Positions 37,415-46,680 of a stretch of DNA of 64,000 nucleotides are shown piece after piece (position 1 is the stretch's first letter; every line of letters begins with the position of its first letter). Where the stretch lies: IMG/VR virus record IMGVR_UViG_3300031418_000003; one strand, given 5' to 3'. The notes below the pieces were generated by a model. It was not told the origin of the DNA and searched no databases. It worked only from the letters and a program-made list of their open reading frames with translations. This DNA comes from a virus. Taxonomy: Duplodnaviria; Caudoviricetes. The translations under genes were made by a program, and so were the position numbers.

Positions 37415-38317
37415 ATGAGCACTAACTTTCCGCATCGCGATAACCTGACCTTGATGCCGGGTAACTCTGAATTCAAACGTGCATTCGACATTGGTAACAC
37501 ACCAGTCATCAATGCGGCTGCCGGTGGTCAATATGGTTTCGCACCAAATAACTTCCGTTACGTTTCAGAGCAACCTTACGTATCACAGCGTCCTTATTGC
37601 GTAAACTTGTCAACACCGTCTGCGTTCAGCGCACTGCCAGCGGGTGCTGAGCTTCATGGTCTGCTTCGTGCATACATGGAAACTCGTAGCCGTAACTGGG
37701 GTGGACTGACTTCACGTACGACTGTTGATTACCATGACATTACTTGGGCCGGTGGTTCTACACTGAGCTTCCCGGTAGGGTCAAGCCGTCAGTACGGTTC
37801 GGTCACTCACATGGCACTGGATCCAGAAGGCGAGTCCTTCTCCAAGCTGTTTGATACCTGGATCGATTACCTGTTGAATGACCCGGTGATTCGTCATCCG
37901 AAAATCATCACTCTGAACTATACGGGTGAACTGCTTCTGGATGAGATCTCTATGAGCTCGGTGTACTTTGAACCGACTCGTAACTGGCAGGATGTGCGTC
38001 ACGCATTTATCTGTCTGGGTCAGATGCCTAAAGAAGGTCCGAACTATGAATTTGGCTTTGACGTCGACAACGGCTCAGGTGCAGTTCGTGAAATCAGTAC
38101 TGAATTTACTGGTCTGATTGAGTTCGATACCCTGGCTGCTAAACAGATCGCCCGTGCTGTAATGAAGCGTATGCCTCTTTACAACCCAGCCGGTCGTGCA
38201 GCACCATCAGGCTTCCTGCAACCTACTGCTATCCTGCAGGGTCTGCAGAACAACGGTCTGGCTTCACTGATGAACGCTGATGCTCGTCAGATTGCTGATC
38301 CGAAGTACATGGGTTAA
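37415..38317 (+). CDS. Tail tube protein (phiKZ gp30-like)
   Basis: 300 aa right after the sheath; EPTRNWQDVRHA...MPK segment. Confidence 0.82.
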   Translation: MSTNFPHRDNLTLMPGNSEFKRAFDIGNTPVINAAAGGQYGFAPNNFRYVSEQPYVSQRPYCVNLSTPSAFSALPAGAELHGLLRAYMETRSRNWGGLTSRTTVDYHDITWAGGSTLSFPVGSSRQYGSVTHMALDPEGESFSKLFDTWIDYLLNDPVIRHPKIITLNYTGELLLDEISMSSVYFEPTRNWQDVRHAFICLGQMPKEGPNYEFGFDVDNGSGAVREISTEFTGLIEFDTLAAKQIARAVMKRMPLYNPAGRAAPSGFLQPTAILQGLQNNGLASLMNADARQIADPKYMG

Positions 38318-38343
38318 GTCAAAAAAAAATACAAACAGTATTT

Positions 38344-38375
38344 ACTCCTACTCACCTGGAAGGGTGAGTAGGAGT
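38344..38375. terminator. Bidirectional terminator (CTAC/GTAG family)
   Basis: ACTCCTACTCACC-tggaag-GGTGAGTAGGAGT between convergent genes. Confidence 0.8.
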
Positions 38376-38383
38376 TTTGTTTG

Positions 38384-38797
38384 CTATGCGTTTCTAATGT
38401 AGCACTTTAACTTCAACTGAATCTCAGATAACGCTTTCCCATTAACCGGATCAAACGCCAATAACAAAGCGGGATCCTTCATGTTCTTGAAATCGAACAG
38501 GTACCTGGAAAGACGACTGGTTTTATACCGAGACATGAAATGTTCGACTTGTTCTATGTTCTTATCACCGAAGCACGAGGGGAATGTGATTCTCTCAACC
38601 TTTCCTCGCCACCGGTAAGTACACATGCGGGTATTTGGATTTCCAGTAACAATGATCTTTCGGTCATTGTAGTGAATAACAAAACCTTCACTGGTCTCCA
38701 GATGAGTTACCTTACTCTTCTTTACTCCGCACATGACATGCCCTATTCCCATCGCCATCAGAAACAGAGCAAAGATAAGTAAAGCTGTTAACATCAT
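38384..38797 (-). CDS. Membrane-anchored hypothetical protein
   Basis: N-terminal TM helix. Confidence 0.72.
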   Translation of the reverse strand: MMLTALLIFALFLMAMGIGHVMCGVKKSKVTHLETSEGFVIHYNDRKIIVTGNPNTRMCTYRWRGKVERITFPSCFGDKNIEQVEHFMSRYKTSRLSRYLFDFKNMKDPALLLAFDPVNGKALSEIQLKLKCYIRNA

Positions 38798-39276
38798 CGT
38801 TTTAACAATACCCTTAATAATAAGTTTCTTTTAAATTCACGATATAGAGAAAGATCCTCTTTGGTAAGCAATAACCCTTTGAGTTTCGTTTCTTCTATAA
38901 CGCCTTCTGTTAAAGAGATAAAGTTTTCATGCACCCCTTCCAGGTGTTTAATGAGTCGCACGTAATCACGAAACGACGCATCGGCTGGAAGTTGGATAAA
39001 CAGATGTCTTTCCCCTTTGACAAAATAGCTCGGTGAATCAACATTCTCATTGTACAGGATGTCGAGAACCCAATGTCGTGATCGTTCATCAATAAGAGAC
39101 AGATGGAAACGATTAACCAATACTTGATGCCAGCTAAACTTCTGAGAGGCAGCGGGAACATCTCGAACCCACCACCAACCTCCTCCGCCTATGATAGCAA
39201 ATATTGTCAACATTGTGACTCCCAACAATAGCCAGTCAGTTGGGTTGCGTAACACTACCTCCTCCCAGAGTAACAT
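38794..39276 (-). CDS. Membrane-anchored hypothetical protein (start uncertain)
   Basis: Hydrophobic helix WLLLGVTMLTIFAIIGGGGWWW. Confidence 0.65.
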   Translation of the reverse strand: MLLWEEVVLRNPTDWLLLGVTMLTIFAIIGGGGWWWVRDVPAASQKFSWHQVLVNRFHLSLIDERSRHWVLDILYNENVDSPSYFVKGERHLFIQLPADASFRDYVRLIKHLEGVHENFISLTEGVIEETKLKGLLLTKEDLSLYREFKRNLLLRVLLKR

Positions 39277-39961
39277 AGGTTTCTCTGATCAGTTCCAGCG
39301 TGCTCTTTTCATCGTACAATTTCTCAGAGAAATCATCCCATTCCTTCTTAAAGAAATCCATGCCAATCTCTGGATAACTCTTCCAGTGATAACCTTCAGC
39401 ACCAAATTTCTCCAACAGATGTTTATACACGTCCTCCACAACGTGTAATTCTTCCATATTTTTCTTGAGACGGAATTGAACTGCACGACGTACATACTTG
39501 GCAAAATCTGGTGCACCACTGTCTGCCACACTGACAATGGAACTGATCAGACTACTTGGTTTATAGTGATTAGAACTGCGGTGTTCCAAGACCGCGGTCG
39601 CGATAGTCATTACTTCATCATCATTAAATTCATCAGGCCAAAGACGACCGAGTAATTCGTATGTGAGTCCGTAACCTATCAAATGATGCTGGCTTCTCTC
39701 ATAACGACAACCAATGTCATGAAGAAGACAGGCAACATAGACGAGTAACGTATCCCGTTCCCCTAAATGAAGATCCCCACAGATTTCTTTACCGAGGCGA
39801 CAGACGTCTTTCACGTGGCCCAGGTTGTGTGCTGGATCATTCAGAGAAATGGAATAAATACAATGACGAAGGAATTCCTTTTGGATACGGTAATCAAAAA
39901 GCCTAGCCCACTCCTGATCTTCCCGAACCCGTTCCTCATCTAAAGTAAGTGTGTTTTCCAT
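39236..39961 (-). CDS. HD-domain phosphohydrolase
   Basis: AHNLGHV...LLHDIG...HH...EHR...VADS motifs. Confidence 0.88.
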   Translation of the reverse strand: MENTLTLDEERVREDQEWARLFDYRIQKEFLRHCIYSISLNDPAHNLGHVKDVCRLGKEICGDLHLGERDTLLVYVACLLHDIGCRYERSQHHLIGYGLTYELLGRLWPDEFNDDEVMTIATAVLEHRSSNHYKPSSLISSIVSVADSGAPDFAKYVRRAVQFRLKKNMEELHVVEDVYKHLLEKFGAEGYHWKSYPEIGMDFFKKEWDDFSEKLYDEKSTLELIRETYVTLGGGSVTQPN

Positions 39962-40000
39962 TTAAGGTTTCCTTAAATAACTGTATTAGGTATCACCATA

Positions 40001-40015
40001 ATAATATCGGTCTAA
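40001..40015 (-). promoter_or_regulatory. Phage promoter motif
   Basis: TTAGACCGATATTAT on the minus strand. Confidence 0.7.
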
Positions 40016-40054
40016 TTATTATTTTAATGAAAAAAAAAGAATGAAGATAGAGAA

Positions 40055-40080
40055 GGTAGAGAGCTTACTCGCTCTCTACC
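40055..40080. terminator. Terminator hairpin (family, arms swapped)
   Basis: GGTAGAGAGC-ttactc-GCTCTCTACC. Confidence 0.75.
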
Positions 40081-40092
40081 CACAAAGGATTG

Positions 40093-40764
40093 TTACTGTG
40101 GCTTCTCAGCGACAACCAAATGCTCACCATTGAGATTTAATTGCATGCCGGTACATTTACTTGGAGTATCCGGCAAAGCCTTTACAAGTTGTTCTACGGT
40201 GAATAGGGGAGACCATGCAATACCCCGGTAGACACCGTCCTGATCTGATTTATCAATGACAAAAGCAAGAACCGTATCTTTAGGTAGCGAGGCGGCTTTA
40301 TTTAATCCATCGATGAAATCAGTATCCCCATTTGCTGTAGAGAATACCGGATCTTGATCTTCATCGGCCTCACGAATATCCGTCACACCAGGACGATATT
40401 TCATGATAGAGATTTCAAGATTACCACGAGGGATATACCCGTCATCATTTTTGATGTCATAAGTGATACCTACTGCGTTAGCCCGGATATCGCAAACTAA
40501 TGCCACACCTTCTTTTCTTTTGTCGCTAATCGTGCCAATGCCGATGGCATAAATATTCTCAGCCATTTTCATATGACGGATTGAAACTTTCTTGGCTACA
40601 TCGCCTTTATGAATAATTTCTCCGTATGAGTCAGCTTCAGAATATTTGGACAGTTCCTTTTGAGACTGCTGATTGCCGGACATGTCGATCACTTTGTTCT
40701 TGTCGTCACAACCAACCACTAAGAACACCACAAACATCATGAATACCACCAAAACCTTTTTCAT
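40093..40764 (-). CDS. Lipoprotein, exported two-Cys paralogue family
   Basis: Lipobox LVVG-C-DD; VALVCD and SKC motifs. Confidence 0.8.
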   Translation of the reverse strand: MKKVLVVFMMFVVFLVVGCDDKNKVIDMSGNQQSQKELSKYSEADSYGEIIHKGDVAKKVSIRHMKMAENIYAIGIGTISDKRKEGVALVCDIRANAVGITYDIKNDDGYIPRGNLEISIMKYRPGVTDIREADEDQDPVFSTANGDTDFIDGLNKAASLPKDTVLAFVIDKSDQDGVYRGIAWSPLFTVEQLVKALPDTPSKCTGMQLNLNGEHLVVAEKPQ

Positions 40765-40787
40765 TACTTTTCCTTATAAAAGAAGAA

Positions 40788-40820
40788 TAACTCTACTCTC
40801 CTAATCGGAGAGTAGAGTTA
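40788..40820. terminator. Terminator hairpin (family)
   Basis: TAACTCTACTCTCC-taatc-GGAGAGTAGAGTTA. Confidence 0.8.
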
Positions 40821-40822
40821 GT

Positions 40823-41404
40823 TTATTGTACTTGAACGCTTGAGCAAGGGCTTGATTGTAACGTTGACTGTGAAATAAGAGAAACAACTTCCACAGGAAT
40901 GTATACAATCGATTTGGATGCGCGAGCACCTTCCAGTGTCTTTGCTACAGTAAAGACGTAGTGATTATAGTTCTGAGCACCGGCGTCCTTTAATTGGAGC
41001 GCGGTAATCATGAATGCATCACCCACTGGTACCTTATCAGAAGACGGCTTAATGTCGCGCCAGCCCGATGGAAGGATAGGGTCACGTTTAGTTTTTGCGA
41101 AGTTGAAGAAGATCCGTGTTGCTGCCGGCGGATTCTTTTTATCAAGACTCAATACACTCCAGGAGTATCCACTGTGTGCAGTTTTTGGGTCATTACAACG
41201 CATCTCGACTTTGGCATTAAGATCAGGGATGTCGAACGAAAGTGGAAGAACAATGTCTGTCGATGTCTGATCCGGAGACACTACCTTTGCTACTTCAGGA
41301 TTCTTATCTCTATCCAACACACCGGTTGGTCCAGAGAAAACTCCTATCACAATCACCGTGGTAATTGCGACCAGTCCCCAATGCCATTTAGACATACTCT
41401 TCAT
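40823..41404 (-). CDS. Exported/membrane-anchored protein, two-Cys family
   Basis: N-terminal TM helix; VEMRCN and SPC motifs. Confidence 0.75.
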   Translation of the reverse strand: MKSMSKWHWGLVAITTVIVIGVFSGPTGVLDRDKNPEVAKVVSPDQTSTDIVLPLSFDIPDLNAKVEMRCNDPKTAHSGYSWSVLSLDKKNPPAATRIFFNFAKTKRDPILPSGWRDIKPSSDKVPVGDAFMITALQLKDAGAQNYNHYVFTVAKTLEGARASKSIVYIPVEVVSLISQSTLQSSPCSSVQVQ

Positions 41405-41418
41405 GTATCACTTTCCAA

Positions 41419-42051
41419 TCAGATTGAATCAGTGAGATTCTTCAGTGGGTAAACAGAAACTGCACCCCCATTAATACCGCATCCCTGCACATCTGGATAT
41501 TTATCCATCGCTGTTAAAATCTTATCCAGATATCCACTTGAAAGCAACATGGTGTGCGCAATTGGCGACTGCCCAATGCCGTTGTTGGTTTCAAAGAACT
41601 CAAAGGAGATAAACCCTACCCCATTGAGCTTTTTCAGTCGATTAAAGGAGGTACGCAAATTATCCTTATCTTTGGTGCTGTCAAAGACTTTAACGTCACC
41701 GCCGTGTTTATAACCCGCATCTGGACCATCATAAACATTCACCAGAAATCCAGTCGCACCTTTGGCTTTTCCGCCTGTGGTGTCGTCCAGGTAATAGAAT
41801 GCCGTGATAGTCTGCTGGGTGGTATCACATTGTAAGATTACCCGCTGCGTGGTATTCGTTGCTTTGTTCTTCAGTGTCAAAGTAACGTCGGCAATGCCAT
41901 CCATTACTTTATCGCCAGAGACGGACGCCAGGTCAGCAACCAGTGCCGGTTGTTTGACATCTTCTTTCACGTCATAAGACGCAGCTTGAACTACCGTGGC
42001 GTAACCACACAGACTGACGCACAGTGCAATCAGAAACTTATTGATTTTCAT
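41419..42051 (-). CDS. Exported protein, two-Cys family
   Basis: Signal peptide ending VQA; ILQCD and QGC motifs. Confidence 0.78.
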   Translation of the reverse strand: MKINKFLIALCVSLCGYATVVQAASYDVKEDVKQPALVADLASVSGDKVMDGIADVTLTLKNKATNTTQRVILQCDTTQQTITAFYYLDDTTGGKAKGATGFLVNVYDGPDAGYKHGGDVKVFDSTKDKDNLRTSFNRLKKLNGVGFISFEFFETNNGIGQSPIAHTMLLSSGYLDKILTAMDKYPDVQGCGINGGAVSVYPLKNLTDSI

Positions 42052-42631
42052 TTGAGAAACTCACTAATGGTAAAATGGAATTGAATTTCGTGGCCTCGCA
42101 AATAGTTAGGTCGGCATCAGTGAGATCCCGCTTAACTACCGTCGATGGAATAATATCTGTCCACGCCTGAGTAATAATGTCATGATTGTTCACAAACGTT
42201 TCAAGCGTGATTACCACACCCCACTCGTCTTCATCAAGTAATCCTTTTAAAGCTGCGACCAGATACTTCCCGTCACCTGACATCCCTGCGTCATAAACAA
42301 CCGCAGAAGGTGCGTGGTAGGGAGGTGTCATGCGCAACCAACCTCGAGGATAACGTTGAATCGTAAAGTAGTTTGCATTGGTGATTTGAAAGCCCTGTTG
42401 AGTGACGTAGTATAACACGTTCATCTCTTGTTTCTCTTCATCGCAGGTGATGATGAGATATTCAGGATTAGTCTTATCACCGTTGCTGTAGGTAATCTGC
42501 GCTCGGCCTAACGAATTAAATATATCGAATCGAGGATAGGGGGCGATCTGATTGATATATTGCGGCGGTTCAACAGCAACTGCCTTAAAAGATAAAAAGA
42601 AAATAACAAGTAACCACATCAAACGTTTCAT
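42038..42631 (-). CDS. Exported protein, two-Cys family
   Basis: Signal peptide ending AVA; IITCD and TIC motifs. Confidence 0.78.
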   Translation of the reverse strand: MKRLMWLLVIFFLSFKAVAVEPPQYINQIAPYPRFDIFNSLGRAQITYSNGDKTNPEYLIITCDEEKQEMNVLYYVTQQGFQITNANYFTIQRYPRGWLRMTPPYHAPSAVVYDAGMSGDGKYLVAALKGLLDEDEWGVVITLETFVNNHDIITQAWTDIIPSTVVKRDLTDADLTICEATKFNSILPLVSFSNENQ

Positions 42632-42715
42632 GCCCACCCTTTACCAAGCCCTACAACCCAAAGGCCGCAAGGCTTAAAGTCAATTTGATTATGTATACCT
42701 GTTATTTCATCCAAC

Positions 42716-43264
42716 TTAAATTACAGGCGTGTTAGCGTCCTTGTTAACTGGACACTGAGCACTGAGCTTACCCAGCAGCTTTTTCCAGTCATTACCCACC
42801 AGGAAATATTCACTACCTTCCTGATCGATTTTTGGTTGCTGTGGGTTAAGTGAAGCAATGGCTTTCTCATAAATGGCCTTAGAACCAATTGGGAAACGCG
42901 CCACCTGAAACACTTTATCTGCACTCAGAACATTATAATAAACGTCGCCCTGGGTGGTCGTCTTTAACCCCACCACGAACTTGCCGGCACGGTCAGAGGT
43001 GTTCAGGTCGTTCATGCCGAACTTGCGAAACGCAAACAGATCGTACTGCTTGCCGTCTGCGCTGTAAGTGACATTGAGTTTGTGCGTTTCAGTATTACAG
43101 ATCACCGCGATCTCTCCACCTTCCTCACCACGGTTAGTCATACCAATCAATTTGGTACCAGGGACCTGCAATTCCTTCCAACCAAAGTCAGACTCAGGAG
43201 TAGCCATTACAGAAGTTGAAACCAGAACAACCAGGGAAACCAGAACAGCGATAAACTTTTTCAT
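42716..43264 (-). CDS. Exported protein, two-Cys family
   Basis: Start MKKFIAV after a promoter motif and AAGGT RBS; signal peptide ending VMA; AVICN and AQC motifs. Confidence 0.78.
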   Translation of the reverse strand: MKKFIAVLVSLVVLVSTSVMATPESDFGWKELQVPGTKLIGMTNRGEEGGEIAVICNTETHKLNVTYSADGKQYDLFAFRKFGMNDLNTSDRAGKFVVGLKTTTQGDVYYNVLSADKVFQVARFPIGSKAIYEKAIASLNPQQPKIDQEGSEYFLVGNDWKKLLGKLSAQCPVNKDANTPVI

Positions 43265-43301
43265 TACAATACCTTTTAAATTAAGTGAGTTATACACCAT
43301 G

Positions 43302-43316
43302 ATAATGTAGAGCTGA
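43302..43316 (-). promoter_or_regulatory. Phage promoter motif
   Basis: TCAGCTCTACATTAT on the minus strand. Confidence 0.65.
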
Positions 43317-43333
43317 TTCAAGATGGAACTTAA

Positions 43334-43933
43334 TCAGAGACGACCCTTATATGTTTCTACTGCCGTCTTTGCATCGGTTATAGCAGAGGTAATGAATTTA
43401 CTGAGTTTAACCAGCAGCTCTATGAACTCTTTTTCCTTATGTTCGTAGAGCCTTGCTTTATCTTCACAAGACGCAATGTCTAAAAAGAAGTCATGTGTTA
43501 CAGATGTTCCCACGGCTACCATGGATGTATAAACCGCTGAAGGTCCTGTGTCTGAGTTCAAGAACTCCTTCATTACAAACACGCGGTCCCGATCGTAATG
43601 GTCCTTGTACACAGCGAGAAAGCGTCCCAAAAGATCGCGGAACTGTTCGAGCTTACGAACATAATCTTTGAGCGCATCTCCCCCACCTATATTTGGATTA
43701 GCATGCAGTTTGACAATTTGTGAGCCAATCTGAAAGACCAATTCAAAAACAGTGAACATCTGCTCACGAGGATAATAATCCTCACGGGTTAACATGGAAG
43801 GTTCGGTGTTCTCTTTCTCCGGCTTGATTTCCCAAACAGTACGGTTCGAGAGCTCATGTCGATAAGAGACCGAATTAAGAGAAGGTGACTTTTGCAACCA
43901 ATCTCTTTTGAAGGTACGTTTAACCCAGGCCAT
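43334..43933 (-). CDS. Hypothetical protein, family A
   Basis: LHANP...KEFLN...DIASC shared with 45201..45779. Confidence 0.75.
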   Translation of the reverse strand: MAWVKRTFKRDWLQKSPSLNSVSYRHELSNRTVWEIKPEKENTEPSMLTREDYYPREQMFTVFELVFQIGSQIVKLHANPNIGGGDALKDYVRKLEQFRDLLGRFLAVYKDHYDRDRVFVMKEFLNSDTGPSAVYTSMVAVGTSVTHDFFLDIASCEDKARLYEHKEKEFIELLVKLSKFITSAITDAKTAVETYKGRL

Positions 43934-44433
43934 TATTTCTTTTCCAGAACAGTATCAGCTACACCATTTAAGATGTCGTAGTGATGATTGCTTTTATGTC
44001 TCCGTCTCATTTCCTGAGAGATGCTTCCCTTCATGGATTCATGTTCATCATAGACTTCGTACCTACGATACCCCAATTCCTTATTTCCCAGCAGCATGTA
44101 CCTTTTCCAACTAACTGACTTCAAGGCCGCCGGTGTCTCAACCCATTGATCAAAGACCTCTGCGTGCTCTGGGGTAAGGTTAATGGTGAAGCCCGTTTTA
44201 CTACTGAGGATAATGATCCCCGACCTGACTCGTTTAAAGTTAACCTTGATTGTTTCAAACGTATAGTCTGGTTTCTTTTTAGCCTTCAAAGCACAATTAG
44301 CTATTTTGAGCTCTTTGTCTATAAGTTCCAGAATAGGCGTGTAACTAACATGAGGTCTAACTAAAAAGAGGAAAGATCGTTGCATGAGATGACTAAGATT
44401 ACTGATCAACTCTTCTTTCTGATAATCTTTCAT
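43933..44433 (-). CDS. Hypothetical protein, family B
   Basis: Coupled ORF. Confidence 0.72.
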   Translation of the reverse strand: MKDYQKEELISNLSHLMQRSFLFLVRPHVSYTPILELIDKELKIANCALKAKKKPDYTFETIKVNFKRVRSGIIILSSKTGFTINLTPEHAEVFDQWVETPAALKSVSWKRYMLLGNKELGYRRYEVYDEHESMKGSISQEMRRRHKSNHHYDILNGVADTVLEKK

Positions 44434-44892
44434 TTACCACCACCGTCGGTAGAAACTTTCATCCTCGCATTCTTCAAGTGTATCCGGTTTGCGAATACGC
44501 CATGATTTACACCAGGCAATCAGTTTGTTAATGTTTTCATCGGTAACCGTGACAGAACAACTGCCCCGTGTGATCACCACATGAATAGCAGGCGGATGAG
44601 TATCTTTATAGATGTTCTTCCACTGACGTTCTTGTTTAACCACGCTGAGTTCTGGATGGTTAATCGACGTCATGGATACATTTAGATATTTATACGGGCG
44701 GTACAACTCACCCATAGCCGACATACGCTGTGCACCCAACGTATAGCCGTTCTGAATAGAATTGGCAATACGAGTCAACTCTTTATCTAAGTCGGCTGAG
44801 ATTTGCTTAGAGGAGCGTTTAGAACGTTCTAGCACAGAGTTAATGGTGTAGATGCGCAGTCTAGCCAGTTCTTTATAGAAATCACTTTCCAT
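44434..44892 (-). CDS. Hypothetical protein, family B
   Basis: Coupled ORF. Confidence 0.72.
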   Translation of the reverse strand: MESDFYKELARLRIYTINSVLERSKRSSKQISADLDKELTRIANSIQNGYTLGAQRMSAMGELYRPYKYLNVSMTSINHPELSVVKQERQWKNIYKDTHPPAIHVVITRGSCSVTVTDENINKLIAWCKSWRIRKPDTLEECEDESFYRRWW

Positions 44893-45211
44893 AACTTACC
44901 TTCCATTCTTCAACAGTAAGAGGTTTAGGGGCTTGCTTGAGCCAGTAATCGATATACGGTTTACTGGTCTTGTTTATTTCCAATCCTCTTCCACCATGTA
45001 GGGGGGTGAGAGTGAATGATTCCTGCCCAGGTTCAATTTTGAAATATTTACTACGGAACAAATGTCCGATACTAATAAAAGATAAAGAATGAAAGGTTAT
45101 CATTTCTGATTTAATCTCTTTCATCATTTTCTTCTTAGTATATTTCAATTCACTCGAAGAGATGGCGTTGATGACTAACAAACTTAATTGCTTACAGAAG
45201 TCATTTATCAT
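44882..45211 (-). CDS. Hypothetical protein, family B
   Basis: C-terminal PLTVEEWKVSYGK. Confidence 0.72.
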   Translation of the reverse strand: MINDFCKQLSLLVINAISSSELKYTKKKMMKEIKSEMITFHSLSFISIGHLFRSKYFKIEPGQESFTLTPLHGGRGLEINKTSKPYIDYWLKQAPKPLTVEEWKVSYGK

Positions 45212-45779
45212 CTTCTTTCTTCTCCGCTAGGGATTGATCGAGTTTCTCTTTTACCACTACCAAGTCTCGCTCAGACTCGATAATAAAAGCAACCAGATCT
45301 TTAAGGTATTTCTTTATGGAACTCGGTGTTCCACTGTGACGGTATTTCTTAAAACAACTTGATATCTCGAAGATACAATAATTGCTAGGTTGGTCTGGGT
45401 CTGCTGTCATAAACAACGTCCCACCAAACCCGTCGTTGATCGTTGCGTCATTCAGAAACTCACGACGAACAAACGGACCTTTACCTGTGGTAAGATGCTC
45501 TATCATATCCTGACACATTACCCTGATCAGAACGACCTTATCTACATATGCTTTAAATGAAGCTGCTAGATCGTCATCCGGGTTATTATGAAGAACAACG
45601 TAAGCACCTGGCCAGAAGAAACATAGCTTTATATTGAGCAAGTGTTTGTCGGTTGGAACTAACTTACCGTTCACCAGTGACTGAATAGGTGTAAAACGAT
45701 GACTGTAGATAAACCCTATTAACTCAGGTGGAGGTAAAACCATTTTGCGCTTGTGTTTGGCATGTTCAAGCTTTGCCAT
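45201..45779 (-). CDS. Hypothetical protein, family A
   Basis: LHNNP...REFLN...EISSC. Confidence 0.75.
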   Translation of the reverse strand: MAKLEHAKHKRKMVLPPPELIGFIYSHRFTPIQSLVNGKLVPTDKHLLNIKLCFFWPGAYVVLHNNPDDDLAASFKAYVDKVVLIRVMCQDMIEHLTTGKGPFVRREFLNDATINDGFGGTLFMTADPDQPSNYCIFEISSCFKKYRHSGTPSSIKKYLKDLVAFIIESERDLVVVKEKLDQSLAEKKEDDK

Positions 45780-46122
45780 ATTGCTTCTTCCATTGCTCCA
45801 TGGTGTTTGGTCTGATTACGTAGTTCCAGCCTGATCCTTGGGCCCAGTTTTTAAATTCCTGCCAGTTGGCCTGATTCAGAATAACTTTAGATCCGTGAGT
45901 ATTAAGTGCTTGGATGTGGAGTTCCCATCCATGTTCTCCCTCATGTTTCTCTGTTACTTTGAGATACATATATTTCTTAGCGATGGGTTTACCTAAACGA
46001 ACAGCTTTAATAATGCGATCAAACTCGTTATCGACTTCACGCATTTTAATGTCACGCAGCCGCCGACGATTTTTATTATCGCATGCCATAATACGGATGA
46101 TGCTTAATGTTTCATGTAACAT
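45766..46122 (-). CDS. Hypothetical protein, family B
   Basis: C-terminal PNTMEQWKKQYGK. Confidence 0.7.
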   Translation of the reverse strand: MLHETLSIIRIMACDNKNRRRLRDIKMREVDNEFDRIIKAVRLGKPIAKKYMYLKVTEKHEGEHGWELHIQALNTHGSKVILNQANWQEFKNWAQGSGWNYVIRPNTMEQWKKQYGKA

Positions 46123-46145
46123 AAAAATAAAACCTCTTGTGAGAA

Positions 46146-46171
46146 CCTCCTCTGGGAAAACCCAGAGGAGG
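46146..46171. terminator. Terminator hairpin
   Basis: CCTCCTCTGGG-aaaa-CCCAGAGGAGG. Confidence 0.75.
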
Positions 46172-46192
46172 AACCGCCTGCTGGCCGATCAG

Positions 46193-46627
46193 TTAGTCAA
46201 ACAGTTTCTTGGCACGTTCAACGTTCTTTTCAGTGAAGGTGGAATACCAATCGACCATTTCCTGAGTATGAGGATGATCGATGAACAGGGAAGAACCACC
46301 GAACACTGTATCTTCGCCGACGGTTTCTTTCAGACGAATGTCTGCGTTCATGGTCAGACCGTCGAACAGAGACAGGCGGGCATCCCAGGTTTCATGTTTG
46401 GTTTCCGGGAAATGGGTGTGAGCGATCTCCGTTGCAGCCGCCTCCACCGCCAAACCCAGGCCATTGATCAGTTCAACACTTTCTTTTACCTGGTCCAGTT
46501 TCTCTTCGGTCAAAGAGGCCGGAATTTTGAAACTGATGTGATGAGTATCTTTGTGGATCTCAGCATTATCGATCAGTTCTTTGATGCGGGCGTCTTGTAC
46601 TTTACCGAAAGGTTTGTTCTGTGACAT
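46193..46627 (-). CDS. Hypothetical protein
   Basis: ORF with AGGA RBS. Confidence 0.75.
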   Translation of the reverse strand: MSQNKPFGKVQDARIKELIDNAEIHKDTHHISFKIPASLTEEKLDQVKESVELINGLGLAVEAAATEIAHTHFPETKHETWDARLSLFDGLTMNADIRLKETVGEDTVFGGSSLFIDHPHTQEMVDWYSTFTEKNVERAKKLFD

Positions 46628-46680
46628 GATATATCCTATTGCATTAATGAGTGGTGGGTGTTACTAAATTGGTGTTGCGG

